Assembly: GCA_965261025.1 (NCBI GenBank)
Contig: OZ253438.1
Span: 600,001 to 632,000, forward strand
DNA: 32,000 nt
From: Chlamydiales bacterium
GTDB lineage: Bacteria; Chlamydiota; Chlamydiia; Chlamydiales; SM23-39
Direction: 5' to 3'
Shown here: piece after piece, positions 7,426 to 15,162 of the stretch
How positions within the stretch are numbered: position 1 is the stretch's first letter
Layout: each line of letters starts with the position of its first letter
Made by a program: the position numbers and the translations under genes
The notes under the pieces: generated by a model
Told to the model about the DNA's origin: nothing
What the model saw: only the letters and a program-made list of their open reading frames with translations
Databases searched by the model: none

Positions 7426-7715
7426 TTAAAAAGCCTCTCCTTTTCCAAAATACCCAAACTATAGGTTTGTTTTTCCCGATGTTCTTGCTTCAAATAGGTT
7501 TAACCTCTACAGGTAAACTCAGAAACCCTTTTAGTTGTAACATGATAATCATCCTCTCTAGAGGACAACACAGCCTAGAATACAAAAATAACTCTACGAA
7601 AGCGATGTTTTTTGTTATCGGCAATTCTTTGAAGCAGAAAAGAACCTAAAAAAAGTTTTTTTAATATTTCACTATCTGTAGCATAGAGCCTAAAATTGCA
7701 AAAATAGGGTTTTTT

Positions 7716-7919
7716 ATGGGAGCAATAGGCTTAACACATCTTGGTGAGGATTGTTCTAAGATTATAGGAAGCTTTTCAGAATGGAAAGACATCCTCTCTC
7801 TTAGCTGCTGCTCTAAAGAGATATACTCTTCTAAAGGTGGTTTCCGTGAAATGGCTATTGAGCGCTTTGTTCAGAAAAAGCTAGGGGAAATAACACAACC
7901 TAATAGATCTTCTGGATAA
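7716..7919 (+). CDS. short ORF with an F-box-like motif, probably the N-terminal fragment of a split gene
   Basis: 67 aa. LGEDCSKIIGSFSEWKDILSLSCCSKEIY matches the F-box pattern LPxE...I...L...DLL.L..VSK.W at most anchor positions. An F-box alone is not a normal stand-alone protein. The next ORF's frame is already open from 7894, so the two overlap. Confidence 0.4.
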   Translation: MGAIGLTHLGEDCSKIIGSFSEWKDILSLSCCSKEIYSSKGGFREMAIERFVQKKLGEITQPNRSSG

Positions 7920-7962
7920 AACTTTTTTATCTCTTTTTCCAATCCTCGGTAAACGGCCTGAT

Positions 7963-9132
7963 ATGCATAGAAATCCCAATTGTTATACAGCACCGAATGA
8001 CCCTTTACAAAAACAGAATTGGTTATCTGGAAAAGAAAATGACTTCGATAAAAGCATCTTCGACGAGTATACAAAAAAGATACAGTTTCTTGAAAAAATG
8101 GCTCCTACCTCTATTTTCCAGCTAAAAAATACCCTACTAGCTTTTTGGCATGTAGATCGAGAGCTTTCTGATTATTGGGAATATAAAAATACACAAATAA
8201 GAAACTCAAACTATCCAACGACTGCATCACCTATAGATCCTCCTATTCAGAGAGAGACATTAGAGAATAGGTCGAAAAGAACTTTTGCAAAAATTGGTTG
8301 TTTTACCTTAGGTGAGAAGGTATATGACGTACTAGCTTTTCACCCTCTTGGCAATGAAAAAAGAGGAAATCAAATAGGACTCCATTCTTTGTGTTTTGGT
8401 AAGACAAGCATAGGGATATTTCAGCGACAGGTAGATCCTTATCTTTACTCAAGATTAGGTCCCGAGGGAGAAAACCACAGTTTTAACGCGATTATAGGAA
8501 GAGAGGGTCAATACGAGCAACAAACCGAGATTTTTTCAGAAGAACAGGATGATCTAATATTAGAAAGGGTTGATTTTAAGAATAGGGGCTACCTATTAAT
8601 AAATGATGGTTTGGAATATCGCGATTCTGTAAAAACAGCTACCGGCTCAGATAGAAAACTAGATCAATTTCTCACTCAAATTATGATAGAAGTAGCGTGG
8701 CAAAATAGTTTCTTTTATCAACCCTTTGAAGTAAAAGTAACCTCGACTGGAGATGATCTTGCTGTCTTAATTGCCAGCGGTTTTAGAATAGAGTCACGTT
8801 CGCAATTGGGTTTTTCTTCCTTGGATTTACAATCGGAATTCTCACCGGAGAGTTTTGAAACTATCACAAAAGAAAGCCTTTTACGCGATCTTTGGAAATT
8901 TAGACAAATCGAAAGGAATCAACTTTTCCCTCCCCACCTTGACTATGGCGTCAAGAAGGTAAAATTTCCAATGCACTTCCTCAACGAGGAGTCGGTTTAC
9001 TACGAAAAGGATAACTCTTCTACTAGTTTTTCAGAGTTAATAAGGACACAACCGATATTGACAAAAGAAGCGGCTATTCTTCCTGAGAGGTGGGTAAAAA
9101 CTGCTCCACGAGGAATAGGAGAAAATTCTTAG
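7963..9132 (+). CDS. hypothetical protein, possibly the C-terminal body of the F-box-like gene
   Basis: 389 aa from the first ATG, which has no SD. The reading frame is open upstream to 7894, overlapping the end of 7716-7919 in the +1 frame. I recognise no domain. Confidence 0.5.
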   Translation: MHRNPNCYTAPNDPLQKQNWLSGKENDFDKSIFDEYTKKIQFLEKMAPTSIFQLKNTLLAFWHVDRELSDYWEYKNTQIRNSNYPTTASPIDPPIQRETLENRSKRTFAKIGCFTLGEKVYDVLAFHPLGNEKRGNQIGLHSLCFGKTSIGIFQRQVDPYLYSRLGPEGENHSFNAIIGREGQYEQQTEIFSEEQDDLILERVDFKNRGYLLINDGLEYRDSVKTATGSDRKLDQFLTQIMIEVAWQNSFFYQPFEVKVTSTGDDLAVLIASGFRIESRSQLGFSSLDLQSEFSPESFETITKESLLRDLWKFRQIERNQLFPPHLDYGVKKVKFPMHFLNEESVYYEKDNSSTSFSELIRTQPILTKEAAILPERWVKTAPRGIGENS

Positions 9133-9225
9133 CTTTTTTGCGCCGCATAAAACAAAAATTTTTCTTGATAATATTCAGCTAGTTTCTATAGGATTTGTCG
9201 CAGTTTAAACTTTTTGAGGCCGCTT

Positions 9226-9816
9226 ATGAAAAAAGTGTTTTGGTTTTTTTTCCCCATGCTCCTTTTTGCCCTTCCTGATTCTTTCAAGGAGAAGGAAAGC
9301 TTCTTTTCTTTGTATCTAGATAAACCTTTGGGTCTTTGGCATGAAATTCGCTATTTTTCCTCTAACGGACTCCTTTTTTTGGAAGATGGCTCTACTTGGA
9401 AAATTAATCCAAAGCAGAGAAGAAAATTAAAGAGGTGGAAAAAGGAAGATCTGGTCTTAGTTCAACAAAACACCTCTTGGGTCTCCTCTTATCCTTATTG
9501 TCTGAAAAACAGGCATCTCAATGAAATTGTCGAAGTTGCTTTGTTTTCTCCTTCTAATCCCGAAAAAGATCGAGGCTCTTTTATTAAAGAGCTAGATCTT
9601 CATTCGGGCCTGATTGCTTTAGAAGAAGGAAGTGTTTACAATGTTTGTTTTTTCTCTACCAAGGGACTGAATCTATGGCGAGTAGGAGATCCTATTATCG
9701 TAGGGGTAAATGCCAGTTTTTTAATCCGGGGTGATTTTATCCTGATTAATACTCGAAATAAAGAATTTCTCTATGTAACTCTAGAAAAAGAAGGAAGGGC
9801 TTATGAGTATAATTAA
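9226..9816 (+). CDS. hypothetical secreted protein with two tandem ~59-aa repeats
   Basis: I prefer the ATG at 9226 (MKKVFWFFFPMLLFALP, signal-like) over the tracked TTG at 9214. Residues 48-106 and 128-186 align without gaps at 17/59 identities (GL..LE.GS.....L..W...D...V..N.S.......L.N...E...V.L). Confidence 0.55.
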   Translation: MKKVFWFFFPMLLFALPDSFKEKESFFSLYLDKPLGLWHEIRYFSSNGLLFLEDGSTWKINPKQRRKLKRWKKEDLVLVQQNTSWVSSYPYCLKNRHLNEIVEVALFSPSNPEKDRGSFIKELDLHSGLIALEEGSVYNVCFFSTKGLNLWRVGDPIIVGVNASFLIRGDFILINTRNKEFLYVTLEKEGRAYEYN

Positions 9817-10177
9817 AATCGAGGGGGGCTCTGACGAAGCGAGGGGAGTTAGTTATCTTGAACAGGTGGATTCTCTTCTACTTTTTCTCTGCCAAAAAGT
9901 CCTTAAAATCTCTTTGATGGCTCTCTTTTCTGGTGGGATAGTTTCTTGTTATCTCCTATTTCAGAAAGTTCCCGCTACTGTTTTTTCAGTAGCTCTACTG
10001 TGTCTGTATAAGGATCTTCAAACAATCCCCCCTTTTCTTCGCAAAGTAGATCGCCTTTTTTCCTCTATAATCAGAGAATTTTTTACCAAGATTTTATACG
10101 AGAAATGTTCAGACTGTGGGCTTCCTGTAAGGCAGTATCTCATCTTTTTTCCTCGAGAGAGTCTTTTATGTCTCTAA
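9803..10177 (+). CDS. hypothetical small membrane protein
   Basis: 124 aa with a good SD (AAGGAAGGG) and a 14-nt overlap with the upstream gene. Hydrophobic lobes at residues 36-53 and 58-69 are separated by QKVP. Confidence 0.45.
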   Translation: MSIIKIEGGSDEARGVSYLEQVDSLLLFLCQKVLKISLMALFSGGIVSCYLLFQKVPATVFSVALLCLYKDLQTIPPFLRKVDRLFSSIIREFFTKILYEKCSDCGLPVRQYLIFFPRESLLCL

Positions 10178-10391
10178 CAAGAAGAAAAAGGAGCATGGGA
10201 GTGAAAAGCCAGGCTGGGTTGACATCTTTTACAAAATAGGGAGATAGCAGAAAAATCACTAGGCCCACTACTACAAAGGACAGGATAGCACTGGTTACCT
10301 TATTGCCTTTTCTTAGAAAAGTCCTCTTGGCGACAAGATTCAGTCCCCACACAGCAAAGGATAGAAGGAAAAATTCCAAGATGACTCTCAT
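10140..10391 (-). CDS. hypothetical small 3-TM membrane protein downstream of the NSS transporter
   Basis: 83 aa with three hydrophobic segments. It lies 20 nt downstream of the NSS stop on the same strand and has no obvious SD. Confidence 0.35.
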   Translation of the reverse strand: MRVILEFFLLSFAVWGLNLVAKRTFLRKGNKVTSAILSFVVVGLVIFLLSPYFVKDVNPAWLFTPMLLFLLVRDIKDSLEEKR

Positions 10392-10411
10392 AATGGCAAA
10401 GAGTACTTTAG

Positions 10412-11755
10412 CTAGCCATTAAAAGAAAATAGCAGATCCAGAAAAATATAGAGTATCAAAAGGGGTGAAATATAACGTAAACACAAGAAGAGAATAGAGG
10501 AAAAGAGATTTTTCTCCTCTAAAGAGAGCTCTTTAAAAAGAGCTTTTTTCTTCCATTTCCAGCCCACAGCCAAGACAGCTACCAATCCTCCGAGAGGAAC
10601 TAAGATATTTACACTAAGGTAAGAAATCATTTCGTAAAAAGAAAATCCATAAAAAACCCTTTCTCTAAACGGAGTAAAAGAAAGAACGGAAAAAACTCCT
10701 AAAATAAAAGCTGATAACACTACATAAAGGCTTGCCTTTTTCCTAGAAAAGCCTTTTTCATCTACTAGATAAGAAATAGCAGGTTCCAAAGCAGATATCT
10801 CGGAAGTCAAAGCAGCAACTACTACTAAAAAGAAAAAACAACAACCCCATAGTCCTCCCCAAGAAAGAGAAGAAAAAACGAGAGGGAGGGTTTCAAAAAT
10901 CAAGGAGGGCCCTTTATCTATAGCTATCGGAAAAGAAAAAACAATCCCGTATACAGCAATTCCCATGAGAAGGGAAAGAAGCAAATTTAGAAAAACAACG
11001 GGAACACAGCTTTTTACAATGTTTTCTTTTTTAGCAAGATAACTTCCATAGGTTATCATGGTCCCCTGTCCTATGCTTAAAGTGAAAAAAGCTTGTCCCA
11101 AAGCTGCTATCCATACCTTAGGACTTATGGCTGAGAATTTCAGAGAAAATAAGAAGTAAAGGCTTTTTTTTCCCCCTGGTAGGAAAAGCGCATAGATCGC
11201 TAAAAAAAAAAGTACTAAAAACAGAAGTGGCATCAAAACTTTACTTGCTGCCTCAATGCCTTTTTTTACCCCAGAAATTAAAATCGCAAGGCAGAGACTT
11301 AAAAAAAGAGCATGGAACAGCAAAGAATGAAAAGCGGAAGTAGAAAGGGAAGAAAAGAAAGAACTAGTCCCTTGCGAGTTTTGTAAAAGGGAGATTTTTC
11401 CTGCCAAAGAATAAAAGAAATACCCTAAAGTCCACCCTGCTATTACGCTATAAAAGGAGCTGATAAGAAGCCCTGTCAAAATCACGACTTTTCCTAAAAT
11501 ACCTCCTTTTTTACCCAAGGGTAGCCTCAGAGCTCCATAAGGATTTTTATGCGCTTTTTTTCCTAACAAGATTTCGCTAAGCAAAACGGGTAATCCCATA
11601 ATGACTAAAAAAACAAGGTATAACAAAATGAAGGCACTTCCTCCATTTTCCCCTACTAAATAAGGAAAACGCCATATGCTTCCAAGACCTACCGCAGAGC
11701 CCAAAGCAGCTAAAATAAATCCCGTTCTAGACTTCCACGTCTCTCTATAAGTCAA
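10412..11755 (-). CDS. sodium-dependent transporter, neurotransmitter:sodium symporter (NSS/SNF) family
   Basis: 447 aa and polytopic. The N-terminal signature W.SR.GFILAA.GSAVGLG..WRFPY....NGG.AF...Y is diagnostic of NSS/SNF. Confidence 0.9.
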   Translation of the reverse strand: MTYRETWKSRTGFILAALGSAVGLGSIWRFPYLVGENGGSAFILLYLVFLVIMGLPVLLSEILLGKKAHKNPYGALRLPLGKKGGILGKVVILTGLLISSFYSVIAGWTLGYFFYSLAGKISLLQNSQGTSSFFSSLSTSAFHSLLFHALFLSLCLAILISGVKKGIEAASKVLMPLLFLVLFFLAIYALFLPGGKKSLYFLFSLKFSAISPKVWIAALGQAFFTLSIGQGTMITYGSYLAKKENIVKSCVPVVFLNLLLSLLMGIAVYGIVFSFPIAIDKGPSLIFETLPLVFSSLSWGGLWGCCFFFLVVVAALTSEISALEPAISYLVDEKGFSRKKASLYVVLSAFILGVFSVLSFTPFRERVFYGFSFYEMISYLSVNILVPLGGLVAVLAVGWKWKKKALFKELSLEEKNLFSSILFLCLRYISPLLILYIFLDLLFSFNG

Positions 11756-11915
11756 AAAAAATCCTCAATTCCCCTTTTAGGGTATAGAAAATAGGAGTTT
11801 TTCCCAAATAGTTTGAGGGAAAAAAACCGTGATAAAATCCCTTCGATTTTTGCCGTGCGAAGAAAGCTTTTTTCCTGTACAATCCGCGGAATCTTTCAGG
11901 TTAAGGAATTCTTAC

Positions 11916-13334
11916 ATGGCTGACTCTTTTCCTAAAAAAAGAACTATCTCTGTTTTTGTGCTAACTATGATTAATGTGGCAGCCATTTGTAATATAAAAA
12001 ATTTTCCTCTTTCTTCCCTATATGGCCTTTCTACGGTTTTCTTTTTTCTTTTAGCGGCTTTGACTTATTTTATCCCTATTTCTTTAGTTTCCGCAGAACT
12101 AGCTACCGGATGGCCTCAAAGGGGAATTTATATCTGGGTCCGAGAAGCTTTAGGAGATAGAATGGGGTTTTTAGCCATTTGGCTTCAGTGGGCTAATAAC
12201 ATTATTTGGTATCCTACTATTCTTTCCTTTATTGCTGCTACTGTAGCCTACATGTTTAGCCCTGAGCTCGCTTCTAATACTAGTTACATTCTGACCGTGA
12301 TTCTCCTCTCTTTTTGGGCTGTGACTTTAGTGAATCTATTTGGAATGACCCTCTCTGGTTGGATCTCTACCATAGGGGCAGCCTTAGGAACTGTTGTTCC
12401 TGGGATTCTTATTATTTTTTTAGGCTTTTTATGGTATTTTCAAGGAAATCCCTCTCAAACTTCTCTCTCCTTCCAAGCCTTTTTTCCCGATTTAACCTCA
12501 ATCAATCAGCTAGTAGTCTTTGCAGGTATTTTACTCTCTTTAGCTGGAATGGAAATGTCTTCCGTTCATGCTTTAGAGGTAAAAAATCCCCAGAGGGATT
12601 ACCCTAGAGCAATTTTTATTTCTGCTATTTTGATCTTGGTTCTTTCTTCTTTGGGATCTTTAGCTGTAGCAATCGTAGTTCCTGCTAAGGAAATGAGTTT
12701 AGTAGGAGGGGCCATGGAAGCTTTTTCTCTTTTCTTAAACCGCTATGGAGCCTCCTGGGCCATTCCTTTTATTGCTTTTGTTATGGCCTTTGGAGCTTTT
12801 TCCATGATGAGCACTTGGGTTATTGGACCTACTAAGGGAGTCTTGGCTTCTGCTTTAGATGGAGATTTACCTCCTGTATTCCAGAAGGTAAATAAAAAGG
12901 GTATGCCTACTGCCTTGATGCTCTTGCAAGCCATTTTTGTCACAGTTTTGTCTCTGGCCTTTCTTCTTATGCCTGATGTGAGCAGTTCTTATTGGATCTT
13001 GGTAAATCTTACTGTCCAACTATATCTAATCTTATATGCGATTCTATTCGTTTCAGCAATAGTTCTTCGCTACAAAAAACCGGAGGTAGAAAGAGCATAT
13101 AAAATTCCAGGTAGGAAGAATATAGGCATGTGGATAACTTGTCTTGTAGGTCTTTTCTCCTGTATTTTCATCTTCTTTTTAGGCTTTATTCCTCCTGAAC
13201 AAATCTCCATAGGAGGACTCTTTCAGTATGAAAGTTTTTTAATAGCAGGGGTGCTACTTTTTCTCGTAATTCCCCTAATCATCTTTGAGAAAAAGAAAGA
13301 AAATTGGAAGAGTTCCTCTCAAAGAAGCCAGTAA
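11916..13334 (+). CDS. APC-superfamily amino acid permease/antiporter (GadC/YjeM-like)
   Basis: About 12 TM, with the APC-type N-terminal region (...LTMINVAAI.......LS..YG......F.L.A...FIP..LV.AELAT.WP). I prefer the ATG at 11916, which is preceded by AAGGA. The tracked GTG at 11829 would add 29 non-hydrophobic residues. Confidence 0.82.
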   Translation: MADSFPKKRTISVFVLTMINVAAICNIKNFPLSSLYGLSTVFFFLLAALTYFIPISLVSAELATGWPQRGIYIWVREALGDRMGFLAIWLQWANNIIWYPTILSFIAATVAYMFSPELASNTSYILTVILLSFWAVTLVNLFGMTLSGWISTIGAALGTVVPGILIIFLGFLWYFQGNPSQTSLSFQAFFPDLTSINQLVVFAGILLSLAGMEMSSVHALEVKNPQRDYPRAIFISAILILVLSSLGSLAVAIVVPAKEMSLVGGAMEAFSLFLNRYGASWAIPFIAFVMAFGAFSMMSTWVIGPTKGVLASALDGDLPPVFQKVNKKGMPTALMLLQAIFVTVLSLAFLLMPDVSSSYWILVNLTVQLYLILYAILFVSAIVLRYKKPEVERAYKIPGRKNIGMWITCLVGLFSCIFIFFLGFIPPEQISIGGLFQYESFLIAGVLLFLVIPLIIFEKKKENWKSSSQRSQ

Positions 13335-14326
13335 GTAGCTAGCGATAGATAAAAGAAGGTAGTTAAAACATCGGCAAACATCAAAACTACAGGTCCTGAA
13401 GCTACTTTCGGATCCAGTCGCAAGGCGTGAAGCAAAATAGGAATCAAGGTTCCAAAAGAAGAAGAAAGAAGCACAGAAACAAAAATTCCGAGCCCAATGG
13501 TACAGGAAGAAAGAGCTCCTTCCCCCCAAAGAAGGGAAATAGCTCCTACAAAACCTCCTGAAGTGAGAGATAAAAAAACCACCGTTTTCCACTCTTTTAT
13601 GATTTTCTTTAAAGCAAACTGAATAGAAAGCTGGGCTTTTCGTAAAAATTGTAAACTTTGCGTCATAGACTGCATAGAAACTGACTCAGAAAGAGTTAAA
13701 ACCAAAGGAATGAACATAGCCAAAACCAAAAATTTTCCTATTACTATCTCATGAATCTGGGAAATAATAGCACAAGCAAACCCTCCCACCATATTGCAAA
13801 AAAGCCAAGGCATCCTCAACTTATAGCTTCTCCAAGTAGAAGCCTTTTCTTCCAGAGTAAAACCCAAGAGCTGAAAGACCTCTCTTCTATGGGAAGAGTC
13901 TTTTACATCAAAAGCCTCTTCCATATACAGCTCCACATCCACTACTCCTAGAAGTTTCCCTTCCTTATCGACTACGGGAAGAGCTAATAGTTTATGAAAA
14001 GCAAATGTTTCTAAAGCCTGCTTTAATGTCTGGCTTTCTCGAAGGTGAATTACAGACTCTTCCATAATTTCTTTAATCTTACTCTCAGGATTTGCTAGTA
14101 AAAGTTTCCTAGTGGGAACCACTCCTTTTAAGGCCTTTTGTTCATCTACTACATAAAAATAAATGATTTTGTCAGGGAACCCTTCTCTTCTGAGTTTTTC
14201 TAAAGCTTCAAAAACCGTATCTTCCATGAAAAAAGAGGCATGCTCTTTAGAAGCGAATTGAGAAACACTACGATTTAGCTCTTGACCTTTGCTTTTCATC
14301 TTTTTAAAAAAAGCAAATTCTTTCAT
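13319..14326 (-). CDS. mgtE: MgtE-type magnesium transporter (CBS pair + MgtE membrane domain, no N-domain)
   Basis: 335 aa. It has a tandem CBS region (...YFYVVDEQKALKGVVPTRKLL... and ...ALPVVDKEGKLLGVVDV). The MgtE channel domain follows (PWL...GG......I........LA.FIP.......S...Q and, near the C-terminus, DP.VASGP......D). Confidence 0.85.
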   Translation of the reverse strand: MKEFAFFKKMKSKGQELNRSVSQFASKEHASFFMEDTVFEALEKLRREGFPDKIIYFYVVDEQKALKGVVPTRKLLLANPESKIKEIMEESVIHLRESQTLKQALETFAFHKLLALPVVDKEGKLLGVVDVELYMEEAFDVKDSSHRREVFQLLGFTLEEKASTWRSYKLRMPWLFCNMVGGFACAIISQIHEIVIGKFLVLAMFIPLVLTLSESVSMQSMTQSLQFLRKAQLSIQFALKKIIKEWKTVVFLSLTSGGFVGAISLLWGEGALSSCTIGLGIFVSVLLSSSFGTLIPILLHALRLDPKVASGPVVLMFADVLTTFFYLSLATYWLL

Positions 14327-14359
14327 TCTTTTCCATAGAAACTTTTACTTGGAGAGAAA

Positions 14360-15109
14360 ATGAAAAAGGAAACTTCTTGGGAAGAAAGCGCTTTCTCCTA
14401 CCATAGAAAAGTAGGAGAAAAGGGACACGAATATCACCAAAAAGTGATCTTGCCTCGCCTTCTTCCCCTGTTGGATTTGAAAAAAGACTCTTCTCTACTC
14501 GATCTTGGGTGCGGCCAAGGGGTATTATCTAGAAACCTTCCCAAGATAGACTTTTATTGGGGACTTGATGCTTCTTTCTCCTTGATCCAAGAGGCAAAAA
14601 AGCTAAATCAAAAATCCAACCATAAATTTTCGGTACAAAATCTTTCTGAAAAGTTTTGTTTGCCAAGAAAATTCTCTCACCTCTGTTTTTTACTTTCTCT
14701 ACAAAACATGGAGGAGCCATTTGAAATAGTAAAAAGAAGCTCTTCCTTTTTACAGAAAAAGGGAAAGGCTGTATTTGTACTAAACCATCCCTGCTTTCGG
14801 ATTCCAAGACAATCTTCTTGGGGATTTGATGAGAAAAAAAAGCTCCAATACCGAAGAATTGACTCCTATCTTTCCTTTTTATCGGTTCCTATCCAAATGC
14901 AGCCGGGGAAAAACCCTTCTAAAAAAAGCTATTCTTTCCATTTCAGCCTACAAGATCTTATGAAAAGCTTGAAACAGGGCTCTCTTGTCATAGAAGATCT
15001 ACAGGAATGGCCTTCCCATAAAATAAGTACGGGAAAAAAAGCTCGAATAGAGAATAGAGCCAGAAAAGAGATTCCCCTTTTTTTGGCTATTTCAACACTT
15101 CATTTTTAA
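14360..15109 (+). CDS. class I SAM-dependent methyltransferase, substrate unknown
   Basis: 249 aa with motif I LLDLGCGQG and a post-I acidic residue (GLD). It has a good SD (GGAGAG). Confidence 0.7.
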   Translation: MKKETSWEESAFSYHRKVGEKGHEYHQKVILPRLLPLLDLKKDSSLLDLGCGQGVLSRNLPKIDFYWGLDASFSLIQEAKKLNQKSNHKFSVQNLSEKFCLPRKFSHLCFLLSLQNMEEPFEIVKRSSSFLQKKGKAVFVLNHPCFRIPRQSSWGFDEKKKLQYRRIDSYLSFLSVPIQMQPGKNPSKKSYSFHFSLQDLMKSLKQGSLVIEDLQEWPSHKISTGKKARIENRARKEIPLFLAISTLHF

Positions 15110-15162
15110 AAAAAGAAAACACTGTATAACATGAAGGATAGAGTCTACTTCTGAGGGAAGCT

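Noticed and set aside
7426-7715. 290-nt intergenic region with a 60-aa ORF (7467-7649), examined for a small RNA gene (SRP, tmRNA or tRNA-like) or a small protein
   Set aside because: The ORF has no SD and an implausible sequence. Only a fragmentary GAAGCAG resemblance to the SRP RNA motif and a 5-bp hairpin (TCCTC/GAGGA) were seen, with no tRNA-like T-loop. It is most simply the divergent promoter region for the PagL-like and F-box-like genes. An sRNA cannot be excluded without expression data.
15110-15162. Possible glmS ribozyme/riboswitch upstream of glmS
   Set aside because: The intergenic leader is only 53 nt, far too short for the glmS ribozyme core, and no conserved ribozyme elements were seen. 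It is also not expected outside mainly Gram-positive lineages.
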